Both the position numbers and the translations under genes were made by a program. Source: a virus (Duplodnaviria > Caudoviricetes). Taken from it: 51,206 bases of DNA. A model generated the notes under the pieces. That model worked only from the letters and a program-made list of their open reading frames with translations, was not told the DNA's origin and ran no database searches. Where the stretch lies: the IMG/VR virus record IMGVR_UViG_3300020045_005791, positions 1 to 51,206 of that record; one strand, written 5' to 3'. Shown here piece by piece: positions 36,972 to 45,476 of this stretch (the first letter of the stretch is position 1; every line of letters starts with the position of its first letter).

Positions 36972-37844
36972 TTAATTGTAAACACTACTATAAACATTTG
37001 TATGTATTCTTGTCGGTGTTGGAATTGGTACTTCATCAGTATTGTAATCTGCGCTTCCATAATCAATCCCGTTATAATCAGCTAATCCAAAGAAATTATC
37101 GTTATAATTTGGAGATAAAGAATAAGAAGTTTCGATAAAGTTTTCTTGTGCTGTTTTAGATGGTAAATCAATAGCTTCAAATAATGAACATCGAATATAA
37201 TTCACATACAAAACAGGACTCTCTAATAAATCAGTAAGTAAAATTACAACCGATTTAGGCATTAATTCAGTTCTAAACCTTTCTATTTTACTTGTTTTAA
37301 TGGCTTGTGAAACGGTGTTTTTGGTAGAAACTTCGTAATAAGTTGTAAGTTCTGTTTTTTTATCTTCTTCATCAAACCAAGTTTGAATACCTATACTTTG
37401 GTAAACATCGTCTTTATTGTCTCTGTAATGAAATTGTGTAGTTTTTTCATTCTCAATATTGGTAAGTAAAAACGGTGTAGAATAAAAAGTTTCTCCTACT
37501 AATTGAGTAATTTCAAGATAAACCAATCTATAACCAAAATCAAAAGGCACATTTGTAAGCGACCAATATAATTGAGGCGCACCATCTAAATCATTAGTCA
37601 ATGAATCTACAAAGAAATATGCTGTAAAATCGGTTTTAGTACCTTTGCATAAATCAACTACATTAACCGTCCAATCTTCTAAATCAATCCCGCTTGGAGT
37701 TTCTGTAACTTGAATGTATTTTGAAGCGTTATTAGGTAGCAACTGAACCCCTTTAAATATAAATTGCGTGTTTATTTGGCTGTTCTTAAAGTAGAAAGCT
37801 TCGTCTTTTGTCCGAAATATGTTTATAAAGGGTTTAACTGCCAT
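36972..37844 (-). CDS. Putative tail tip/baseplate protein
   Basis: 290 aa, first gene of fibre operon. Confidence 0.55.
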   Translation of the reverse strand: MAVKPFINIFRTKDEAFYFKNSQINTQFIFKGVQLLPNNASKYIQVTETPSGIDLEDWTVNVVDLCKGTKTDFTAYFFVDSLTNDLDGAPQLYWSLTNVPFDFGYRLVYLEITQLVGETFYSTPFLLTNIENEKTTQFHYRDNKDDVYQSIGIQTWFDEEDKKTELTTYYEVSTKNTVSQAIKTSKIERFRTELMPKSVVILLTDLLESPVLYVNYIRCSLFEAIDLPSKTAQENFIETSYSLSPNYNDNFFGLADYNGIDYGSADYNTDEVPIPTPTRIHTNVYSSVYN

Positions 37845-37874
37845 TTTACTCCTGATTCACATCGTTAGTATTAA

Positions 37875-37968
37875 AATAGTAGCTTGCCTACCAGCATACC
37901 TTCAACCACCGTTGTTGAATATTCCTTATAAATAAGGCTTCGGAATCGAACCGATATTACTACCTATT
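37875..37968 (-). ncRNA. Putative permuted tRNA-like RNA (YrlA/Y-RNA-like topology)
   Basis: Ends pair (AATAGGTAGT/GCTACTATT) around T-arm TCGG-TTCGATT-CCGA, internal hairpins and a D-arm-like GCT-GGTAGGCA-AGC. Confidence 0.4.
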
Positions 37969-37978
37969 GTCTCGGTAA

Positions 37979-38003
37979 ACGAGCAGATTCGAACTGCGCT
38001 CGT
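37979..38003 (-). other. T-loop minihelix directly 3' of tRNA
   Basis: ACGA-GC-GCAG-TTCGAAT-CTGC-TCGT. Confidence 0.5.
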
Positions 38004-38075
38004 GGAATAGAAAGGAATCGAACCTTTGACATTCAGATTTTCAGTCTGACACTCTACCTACTGAGTTACTAATCC
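38003..38075 (-). tRNA. tRNA-Phe(GAA)
   Basis: GGATTAG acceptor (one U-U mismatch), D arm ACTC-AGTAGGTA-GAGT, anticodon arm TCAGA-CTGAAAA-TCTGA, T arm AAAGG-TTCGATT-CCTTT; CCA not encoded. Confidence 0.92.
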
Positions 38076-38154
38076 ATTAAAAAAAGGTATATGTTAATTC
38101 AATTTACCTGCCAACATATATCGGGATGACGGCAGCACCTTTTTTTATTTAGAG

Positions 38155-38196
38155 CAAATATACAAAAAAAACCTATCTAAATAAATAAATAGGTTT
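38155..38196 (-). promoter_or_regulatory. Terminator followed directly by TATATTTG promoter for the tRNA operon
   Basis: AAACCTATTTA..TAGATAGGTTTTTTTT then GTATATTTG. Confidence 0.65.
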
Positions 38197-38234
38197 AATT
38201 TTGAGTTTCAAGTTTCTCACGACTTTACTCTTTT

Positions 38235-38459
38235 CTATTCAGCTTTTTCAAACTTACAAATATACTCTTGACCAGCTTCAAAAAAATCTAAAGCATCAGG
38301 ATTTGTAATGTGAATTTTTACTGAAGCATTAGGGGTATAAATGCTAAAAGTTTTGTTTTCTTCAGAATTATTGATAACTGCTGAAAGATTTGCTTCAACG
38401 TTATTATTTCCGTAATCTGTTACTGAACCAACTTTGAATTTTGCTAATAATGTTTTCAT
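38235..38459 (-). CDS. Conserved phage hypothetical protein
   Basis: AKFKV, EENK.F..YTP, ITNP.A..FF..GQEY pattern. Confidence 0.75.
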   Translation of the reverse strand: MKTLLAKFKVGSVTDYGNNNVEANLSAVINNSEENKTFSIYTPNASVKIHITNPDALDFFEAGQEYICKFEKAE

Positions 38460-38497
38460 TTCTTATTTGTTTAAATTGTTAGCTGTAAATATACTAA

Positions 38498-41089
38498 TTA
38501 TTTCAATAAGTCTAACCAAACTTTCAAAGTTTCTAAATCTGGAGCAATTGCACCGTTAATTGAAATTTCCATCCAATAAATCCCGTTATACAATCGGTAA
38601 CGATTCAAATCGAATAAATAAACTTTTTCGTTTTTAATTTCATAAATAACTTCATCAACTCCTGTTTCGTTATTTATCAAATAATATCCTGTTTTAGTTT
38701 CGATTGTCATTGACGATGGTTCGTATTTTTCTTCGGCCTTGATTGTTAGTTTTTTCTCAAGCAATGAATATTCAATATTGATAGGGTAAACTTTTATAAC
38801 CTGTTCGTTATTATCAATTGTTCTAATATATCCACGCTCCGAACGAATATTGTTTTGCAATGTAATAAAATCCGTAAATTCTACATTAGCGAAAATAATT
38901 TCGTTATATAAATTTGGTGATAATATTGGATTATCTGGCACAATATCCGCTTTCTCGGTTAATTTTACACCGTCATATTTTGCCGTGTAGTCTCCATTAT
39001 TTTTGTACCAAGTGTTTTTTAATGGTTTATTTTTCCAATACAAATTACAAGTCGCAATGTAAGATTGCCAATAATTATAAATATTTCTTTTAATCGAATA
39101 ACGTCTATTACTATAACTATCAGCACTATTTAAATTTTCTGTTTCACTAAATCCTTGATTTGTGTAATTAGTAAATGGAACGAATGACTGTGATAATGTA
39201 TATTTGTAAGTTGTCAGTCTTGTGCCGTCGCCTGTTATAGTTGTGATTCCTAAAACTCGATTTAATTCTAAAGTGTTTTCAGTTACGTTTGTCACTAAAT
39301 AAGTTCCTGCATTTGCATCGATTGGCAAAATATAAAAATAACTGCCTACTTGTATTCCTAAAGAATTGAAATTAATTGAACCGTCATTTCTTAAAGTCAG
39401 TCTAAATGTAGTCGGATTATAATTGTGTTGCAGCTCAGTAACTTCAATAAATTCATTATCGAAAGTCGTGTCAATAGAATCAATACAAAACATAGTATCA
39501 TCGTCTTGGCTTGCTGTATTTTCTTTTATTACTATTGCTTTTCTTCTGGTTGCTTCAATTAAAAATGCGTCACGTGTCCAATCTACTTCAACAGGTTTTT
39601 TATTCTCAACCGCTTTATTATAAAACACAAATTTACTTTCTCCGTGTATAGTATCGGCACTATTTATTTCTTCATTCTCTTTTTGTGATTGATAATTCGA
39701 ATACCTAAATCCAAATTCATTAACCATAAAACGAGGATTGAAAGTTTTGTTCATTTCTGAAAACTGAGTGTTGTTAAAAAAACCGCTTTCAGTATTTGTG
39801 TAAAAATCTTCTTCAATTCCAAAAAACACTTTCCCATCTGATCCAATTTCATAATCGGCATTCATTTCTACAATTGATTTTTCAATATCTTCTAAACTCA
39901 CATAAAATGGCTTATTTATAATCCCTCTTAAAAAGTTTCCGTTTACTAATCGGTTATCATAAAATTGTCCTAACTCTTCAAATCGAGGTGCGTTTATTTG
40001 CAAACCTGACGTTGATTTTATAATTTGCCTTACAACATCTACCAAACGCAAAGATTTTGATACTGAATTATAAGCTATACTTTCCGCACTAATTTTAATT
40101 TCTGAAAGATTAAAAGTAGCTTCCATTTTTATAGCAGGAAAAGGAGGTTCATAAAATTTAGTTTGAAAAATATACATTTTAAAGTATAAATAAATTTCAT
40201 CTCCTCTGTTTAGTTTTTCAATATCCAAATTGTAGTTTGCTAAATTAAAAGTAAATGTTTCAGAAGTAATCAAGTTTGTTAGTTCTTTATACTCAGTATA
40301 AATAATATTTTCAACACCTGCAACCTTTAGAATCAAATCTATTTTTGCATTTCCAACACCTCCGTTGGCGTGCTGAGTAAAAATTCCATTTACCGAAATA
40401 GTTTTAATATTTATTTTTACTTTATTCAAATTATTTACAGCTCTTACAATTAAATAATTGCTTTCACCTCCATTATTTATATTGCTTTCAGGCGAAAAGA
40501 AAGTAAAACTATTTTCTATTTCGCTTTTTATTAGATTTATACACGGATTTATAAATATTTTTGAATTAGTCCCTGTTAGCCAATTATTTGTATATTGTGC
40601 ATCTTGTTTCCATTCACTAGCCTGAATAACAGGCTTAGCCAATAATAGCATATTTTCTGGAATCAAACCACCTATATAATTACCGTCTACATCTACATCG
40701 CTTAAAACGTCTACTTTTACCGCTTTTCTGGCATTTATTATCTGTAATTTAGAATCTTCAATACCTTTACATTTAAAGTATTCCAAATCGTCAGTTTCAG
40801 CAGTCGCAAAATCTAAATCACAATTATATTTATTATTTTCATCAATTTCAATAGTCAAAACTACAACCGATTCAAAACCGAACTTTCTATGATAATAAAG
40901 TAGTTGTTTAAGTTCGTGATTTCTTTTATCTGTAAATTCAAATTGAATTTCATTACCACTGAATGAAATATCACGCCCCATTTTATTAGGCTTTTGGTTT
41001 AATGAAAAATTAATATCTGAAGTCCCGAACGGTTCATCAATTTGTTTCTTTCCGAAATTATCACTTTTGAAGTCTAAAAAAAATCTCAT
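38498..41089 (-). CDS. Large tail (hub/Tal-like) protein, copy B (863 aa)
   Basis: Downstream of tape measure; homologue of 1..2566. Confidence 0.8.
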   Translation of the reverse strand: MRFFLDFKSDNFGKKQIDEPFGTSDINFSLNQKPNKMGRDISFSGNEIQFEFTDKRNHELKQLLYYHRKFGFESVVVLTIEIDENNKYNCDLDFATAETDDLEYFKCKGIEDSKLQIINARKAVKVDVLSDVDVDGNYIGGLIPENMLLLAKPVIQASEWKQDAQYTNNWLTGTNSKIFINPCINLIKSEIENSFTFFSPESNINNGGESNYLIVRAVNNLNKVKINIKTISVNGIFTQHANGGVGNAKIDLILKVAGVENIIYTEYKELTNLITSETFTFNLANYNLDIEKLNRGDEIYLYFKMYIFQTKFYEPPFPAIKMEATFNLSEIKISAESIAYNSVSKSLRLVDVVRQIIKSTSGLQINAPRFEELGQFYDNRLVNGNFLRGIINKPFYVSLEDIEKSIVEMNADYEIGSDGKVFFGIEEDFYTNTESGFFNNTQFSEMNKTFNPRFMVNEFGFRYSNYQSQKENEEINSADTIHGESKFVFYNKAVENKKPVEVDWTRDAFLIEATRRKAIVIKENTASQDDDTMFCIDSIDTTFDNEFIEVTELQHNYNPTTFRLTLRNDGSINFNSLGIQVGSYFYILPIDANAGTYLVTNVTENTLELNRVLGITTITGDGTRLTTYKYTLSQSFVPFTNYTNQGFSETENLNSADSYSNRRYSIKRNIYNYWQSYIATCNLYWKNKPLKNTWYKNNGDYTAKYDGVKLTEKADIVPDNPILSPNLYNEIIFANVEFTDFITLQNNIRSERGYIRTIDNNEQVIKVYPINIEYSLLEKKLTIKAEEKYEPSSMTIETKTGYYLINNETGVDEVIYEIKNEKVYLFDLNRYRLYNGIYWMEISINGAIAPDLETLKVWLDLLK

Positions 41090-41176
41090 ATCCTTTTAAA
41101 TTTTATTCAAATATACAAAATAAATGTTTATATTTGTATTGCAATCGTATGAAGTGATACGAAACATTACAAAACT

Positions 41177-41206
41177 AAAAGACCTCTTTAATCGGAGGTC
41201 TTTTTT
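41177..41206 (+). terminator. Leader terminator in moron
   Basis: AAAAGACCTC-TTTAATCG-GAGGTCTTTTTT. Confidence 0.8.
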
Positions 41207-41220
41207 AATTTATATAAGTT

Positions 41221-41334
41221 ATGAGAGAAATATTTAAAGTTATTAATGATTATCCTTGGACAACTTTTTTATGTTGGTTAATGATAATTACTTGTTTAGC
41301 CGTTTTATCTGAAATAAATAATAAAAAATCATGA
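41221..41334 (+). CDS. 37-aa single-TM peptide
   Basis: MREIFKVINDYPWTTFLCWLMIITCLAVLSEINNKKS; ATGA-coupled to next ORF. Confidence 0.6.
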   Translation: MREIFKVINDYPWTTFLCWLMIITCLAVLSEINNKKS

Positions 41335-41510
41335 AAGAAATAGAATTAAAAAAAGAACAATTAGAGAAAAACATTTCTATTTTAATTATTGAATTTGCAA
41401 AAGAAATAAATAGTAATGATTTAGACGTTGATATTGAAATTTCAAAAGCAAAGCAAGGAACAAGATGTGTAATGACTAATATTAAAGTAAGTGTGTCTAT
41501 TAATGTTTAG
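41331..41510 (+). CDS. 59-aa hypothetical protein
   Basis: MKEIELKKEQLEKNISILIIEFAKE...IKVSVSINV. Confidence 0.6.
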   Translation: MKEIELKKEQLEKNISILIIEFAKEINSNDLDVDIEISKAKQGTRCVMTNIKVSVSINV

Positions 41511-41515
41511 AAATT

Positions 41516-41719
41516 ATGAGAAAAATACCTGATTTAGAAATAAAAGGAAACACAGATGGATTGATTACAAAAATACATTTGTATTTATTAGAACTTAAAG
41601 AAGAAATACACACTCCATATCTTATCGGATATGAAAATGACGATTTTGTAAAAGATGTAACAAGAGTTCGTTTTTACCCTGAAGAAATATTAGAAGAAAA
41701 CAAATTAAAAACCCCTTAA
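41516..41719 (+). CDS. 67-aa hypothetical protein
   Basis: Third ORF in moron. Confidence 0.6.
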   Translation: MRKIPDLEIKGNTDGLITKIHLYLLELKEEIHTPYLIGYENDDFVKDVTRVRFYPEEILEENKLKTP

Positions 41720-41733
41720 TTAAAGGGGTTTAT
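41707..41733. terminator. Probable bidirectional terminator
   Basis: AAAACCCCTT-AATTA-AAGGGGTTT between convergent genes. Confidence 0.7.
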
Positions 41734-41735
41734 TT

Positions 41736-44129
41736 TTATACTTTAAAACCTGTTCTACTAACTCTATTTGCATTTTGTTTTGTTCTGTTGCCATTGCTTT
41801 CTGCCCAACTTGAAAAACCACTACGATCAAAAGTGGTGTTATTCACTTGAATTTTACTAAAATGTTTCGCCATAACGCTATCCATTTCCTGCGCAGTCAT
41901 TCCGCTTGATGCGTAATTGCGTGACATTGAAATTCCTCTTTCGTTCAGCATTTCCCTGATTTGCTGTTCGTGAGTAAGTACCTTTGTTCCGGCCGGTGCG
42001 TTCATCAACACATTTCTACCCTCTGGCATCACTTCTTTGCCATTAGGTAATATTACTTTTTCTTGATAATTAGAGCCGCCTCCATCATTTACAAGCATTA
42101 AACCTCCTATGTGGTTGTCAGTTCCTGCGAAGTATTCAGGTATTTTTTGAGAAGCAACCAATGTGGCTTGAGCTAATCCAAAAGCTCCTAATATCAAAGC
42201 TAATGGCAATCCTGCGAACCCCGTTTTACCAACTGTGGCCATAACGGCCTGTGCAGTATCAATGGCAATATTAAACAGTGCTTGTCTTTGTTTTGCTTTA
42301 TTTTCTCGGTTAGCTATTTCTTTATGTTTCTTTTCGTAATCTGCTTCAATTTTTGCTTTTGCTTCGGCCGAATCTCCTGCAAATTTTAAAGAAATATCTT
42401 TTTGAGCTTCTAAACGCGCATACTCATTTTTAAAATTCATTTCGCTAAATCCTGCGATAATTTCACCTGCTTTTTGTGCGCTATCAGCTATTTCATTGAA
42501 TGTCTCTTTCCAATCTGATTTAAGTTTATCTAATTCTGGCTTAGGATTTGGAACTACAATTGCATTTGGTAGCGCACCGCCTGTTGGAACTTCATTTAAT
42601 TGTTTTTTAAGCTCTAACAACAATCTTAATTGTTCATTTATAGCAGGGAGTTCTTCTTGATTTGCAATTATTTTTTCAGTTGTTAAACGATTAATTTCTT
42701 TATTGATTTCATCTACAATAGTTGAAACAGGTTTAATATAGCTTTCTAAATAGGCTAAATCTTCACGTTTTGCCTTGTCTTGTTTGGTTTTTTTAACAGT
42801 TTCTTTTTTAGTATCTCCAAATAAATTAAAATCAAAATCTTTTGCTATTTTTGCGGCATCTTCTTGAAATTTCTTAGCAATATCTATGCTTTGTTTTGCG
42901 GCATCGGTACTAATTTTTATTTCTTCGGCTTTGTTTTTCTTTTGCGCTTCGATATTTTTCCTAGCAACTCTAGCCGCTGCTGTTGGATCATAACCCGGTG
43001 CGGTACTTCCTACTGAAACGCCTACGTCTGCGCTTTGTTCCGCAAACTCTTTTAATTCTTTTAAACGGCTTTTTTCGGCTGCTAACGATTGTTTTGCAGC
43101 ATCTTCTAAGGCTAAATTTGCGGCCGCTTTATACAAAGTCATTTTTATATAAGCATCCCCATTTTTAGTCAATTCTTTTTCTGCTTCGTCCAAAGAACCT
43201 ACTAATCCTGTTGTTTTTCCAATTGTTTCGTTATATTGGTCAACTACTTTTTGTTTATCTAAAAATCCTGCTTTTGCAAGTCCTATATTAATTGTTAATT
43301 CTTCTACATTTTTAGTTGCGTCTTTTACTGAACTTTCTTCAAACGACTTATTTAAAGTGTCATTTGCTTGTTTTACTTGATTTGCTTTAGATTTAAACAA
43401 ATCCATTTTTTCAACCAATGTAGTAATAGCTTCAATTGCTATGTTAAAAATTCCAGCAATACCTAAGCCTGGTAATATATAAGCCAACTGCCTAACTCCT
43501 GAAAATATACTTTTAAATCCACCAACTACACCACCAGTATAGTTACCGACATTTCTTTGATAATCTCCCACTGATTTATCGGCCGTTTTTATTCTTGTAT
43601 CTAAATCTAAAGCCGCCTTGCTTGCTGTAATAGCTTGTTTACTATTTTCACCATAAGCAATTGCAGCGTCTTTCGCTTGTTTTTTAAGTATTAATAACTG
43701 TGCGCTTGCCCTCGCGTATGCTCCAGCTAGTAAAGTAGTAGCTCTAAAATTTCTATCTGTTTCTGCTCGTGCTATTTGGTTTGCAACTGAGCTTTCACGA
43801 GTAGATTTATTTACTGAATTTATAGAATTTCCTAAACTGTTATATTGAGTAGTTGCTTGTTGTTTAGCAATTGTAAGTTTTTGAATTTGCTGTTGTAATT
43901 GCGAAATAATTGCGTTTTGTTTAGTTAATTCAGAATTTAAAGATGCGGTACTTTGAACTGTTTTATCTAACCCGCTTGGTGTATTTATTGAAGCTAAAGA
44001 TTTAGATAGTCTTAATGAATCGTCAGCTAATCCTAACACTTCTTTTCTAGCAAGTATTAAATCAGAAGTTAATGACTGGACTTGTTTTATTGCTTCTGAA
44101 CCGATTACTAAATTTACACTATTATCCAT
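41736..44129 (-). CDS. Tail tape measure protein, copy B (797 aa)
   Basis: Homologue of 2570..5125. Confidence 0.85.
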   Translation of the reverse strand: MDNSVNLVIGSEAIKQVQSLTSDLILARKEVLGLADDSLRLSKSLASINTPSGLDKTVQSTASLNSELTKQNAIISQLQQQIQKLTIAKQQATTQYNSLGNSINSVNKSTRESSVANQIARAETDRNFRATTLLAGAYARASAQLLILKKQAKDAAIAYGENSKQAITASKAALDLDTRIKTADKSVGDYQRNVGNYTGGVVGGFKSIFSGVRQLAYILPGLGIAGIFNIAIEAITTLVEKMDLFKSKANQVKQANDTLNKSFEESSVKDATKNVEELTINIGLAKAGFLDKQKVVDQYNETIGKTTGLVGSLDEAEKELTKNGDAYIKMTLYKAAANLALEDAAKQSLAAEKSRLKELKEFAEQSADVGVSVGSTAPGYDPTAAARVARKNIEAQKKNKAEEIKISTDAAKQSIDIAKKFQEDAAKIAKDFDFNLFGDTKKETVKKTKQDKAKREDLAYLESYIKPVSTIVDEINKEINRLTTEKIIANQEELPAINEQLRLLLELKKQLNEVPTGGALPNAIVVPNPKPELDKLKSDWKETFNEIADSAQKAGEIIAGFSEMNFKNEYARLEAQKDISLKFAGDSAEAKAKIEADYEKKHKEIANRENKAKQRQALFNIAIDTAQAVMATVGKTGFAGLPLALILGAFGLAQATLVASQKIPEYFAGTDNHIGGLMLVNDGGGSNYQEKVILPNGKEVMPEGRNVLMNAPAGTKVLTHEQQIREMLNERGISMSRNYASSGMTAQEMDSVMAKHFSKIQVNNTTFDRSGFSSWAESNGNRTKQNANRVSRTGFKV

Positions 44130-44130
44130 A

Positions 44131-44760
44131 TTAATTTTGTTTAGATTTTTCTTCTAATAATTTGCACATTTCAATCCATTCTAAAACTGTTATTTCTTTA
44201 GGATTAATTCTATTTATTTGTAAACCAATTTGAGCTATTAATAATTGCTTAGTTAAATTAGTGCTCTCAATTGTTTCATCTTTTTTTAATTCAATTTCAA
44301 TCAATGAAATTCGTGTTTTCAATCCTTCGCACTGAGTATTTAAACGTTGTAATTCAACTGCGTCGCCATCAATTGTATTTATTTCTGACATTTTAAAACC
44401 GTATTCAGCTAATTTTTTAACAAATAATAAGCGAACATCCATTTCATTGTCTCCGAATCCTAACCACATTATTTTTATTAATTCTTTTACAACATTATAT
44501 TTTAGTCTCAATAAGTAAATTTCAGCCATTTTTTGCAATCTATTTGTAAACGAACGATCATCAATTGCCTTGAAATATTCATCAAGAATGATTTTCTCAA
44601 TAGGTTGCAAAGTTTCGATCGGTTGTTTAGTTTGCCTACCATCATACCCAACTATAAACCAATTCATATCCGAGGTAGTTCGATATTTGTCGAAGTTGTA
44701 TAGCGGTAAAATATCGATGCTATCGTAGTATTTTGTTTTAGATGTGTTGAATAGTTTCAT
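44131..44760 (-). CDS. Putative tail assembly chaperone, copy B
   Basis: Homologue of 5127..5750. Confidence 0.55.
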   Translation of the reverse strand: MKLFNTSKTKYYDSIDILPLYNFDKYRTTSDMNWFIVGYDGRQTKQPIETLQPIEKIILDEYFKAIDDRSFTNRLQKMAEIYLLRLKYNVVKELIKIMWLGFGDNEMDVRLLFVKKLAEYGFKMSEINTIDGDAVELQRLNTQCEGLKTRISLIEIELKKDETIESTNLTKQLLIAQIGLQINRINPKEITVLEWIEMCKLLEEKSKQN

Positions 44761-45221
44761 AAATACTTTTTTACAAATTTCATCAGTTCTGGATATATGA
44801 TTGAATAATTCACAATATCGCTGTTATTTTTATTTAAACCAAATAAATTGTTGTAACCCTTAAAAAACAAAGATTTATCTCCGCTTCCTGTTCCTGTGCT
44901 AAAAATATCAAATTTAGTCAAATTAGGCTGTAAATCAATTTGCATATTCGATAAAAAAGCACCTGTTTGAAAGAAATTATAAGGAGTTCCTGCTATTTTT
45001 AACGGGTCTAATAATTGTGTTGATAAAGAATAAACTCCTTTAAAACGGCTATTACTGTTATTTAAAACATTTCCATCGCTTCCAATTCCATCTTGAAAAG
45101 CATCAACATTCAAACTAATTATTTTATCTTCATTAGCAAGCACAATTCTTTCCTGCTCGTTCAGCATTTCACGTGCTACAAGTTCGCATTTTTTGATATA
45201 ATCGTTTATGGTTGTTGGCAT
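44757..45221 (-). CDS. Tail completion/virion morphogenesis-like protein, copy B
   Basis: MPTTINDY, homologue of 5747..6211. Confidence 0.5.
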   Translation of the reverse strand: MPTTINDYIKKCELVAREMLNEQERIVLANEDKIISLNVDAFQDGIGSDGNVLNNSNSRFKGVYSLSTQLLDPLKIAGTPYNFFQTGAFLSNMQIDLQPNLTKFDIFSTGTGSGDKSLFFKGYNNLFGLNKNNSDIVNYSIIYPELMKFVKKYL

Positions 45222-45409
45222 TCTTTCCAATGAGTAATGTTATCAACTTCTTCTCCTATTTCATCTGACCAAAATCCAACGCCTCCGCTTTCAAAATAAT
45301 CGCCTTCAAACCACTCTAAAACTCTTTCGTGTCCTTGATCATTTTTTGTTAAGTAATTTTTAACTTCATTTGGAGGCGTTCCAGTATTCCATTCCATAAT
45401 TTCTATCAT
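45206..45409 (-). CDS. DUF551-like small protein, copy B only
   Basis: MEW....PP..YL....ITHW pattern. Confidence 0.6.
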   Translation of the reverse strand: MIEIMEWNTGTPPNEVKNYLTKNDQGHERVLEWFEGDYFESGGVGFWSDEIGEEVDNITHWKECQQP

Positions 45410-45415
45410 TTCAAA

Positions 45416-45455
45416 CAAAGATATAAAAAAAAGCGATACATTACGCATCGCTTTT
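45416..45455 (-). terminator. Terminator followed by TATCTTTG promoter box
   Basis: AAAGCGATGC-GTAAT-GTATCGCTTTTTTTT then ATATCTTTG. Confidence 0.75.
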
Positions 45456-45476
45456 ATTCTCCTTTCTTTTTAATTA

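Larger units (their letters stand above)
41090..41735 (+). mobile_element. Moron-like cassette absent from copy A
   Basis: Back-to-back TATATTTG boxes (41108..41115 minus, 41129..41136 plus), leader terminator, three small ORFs, final hairpin. Confidence 0.7.

Noticed and set aside
37970-38003. Functional attP in a tRNA 3' fragment
   Set aside because: No integrase recognised in the genome unit; kept only as a possible vestige
1-41089. Diversity-generating retroelement (tail gene copies as TR/VR)
   Set aside because: No reverse transcriptase recognised; differences span whole genes and are not adenine-specific
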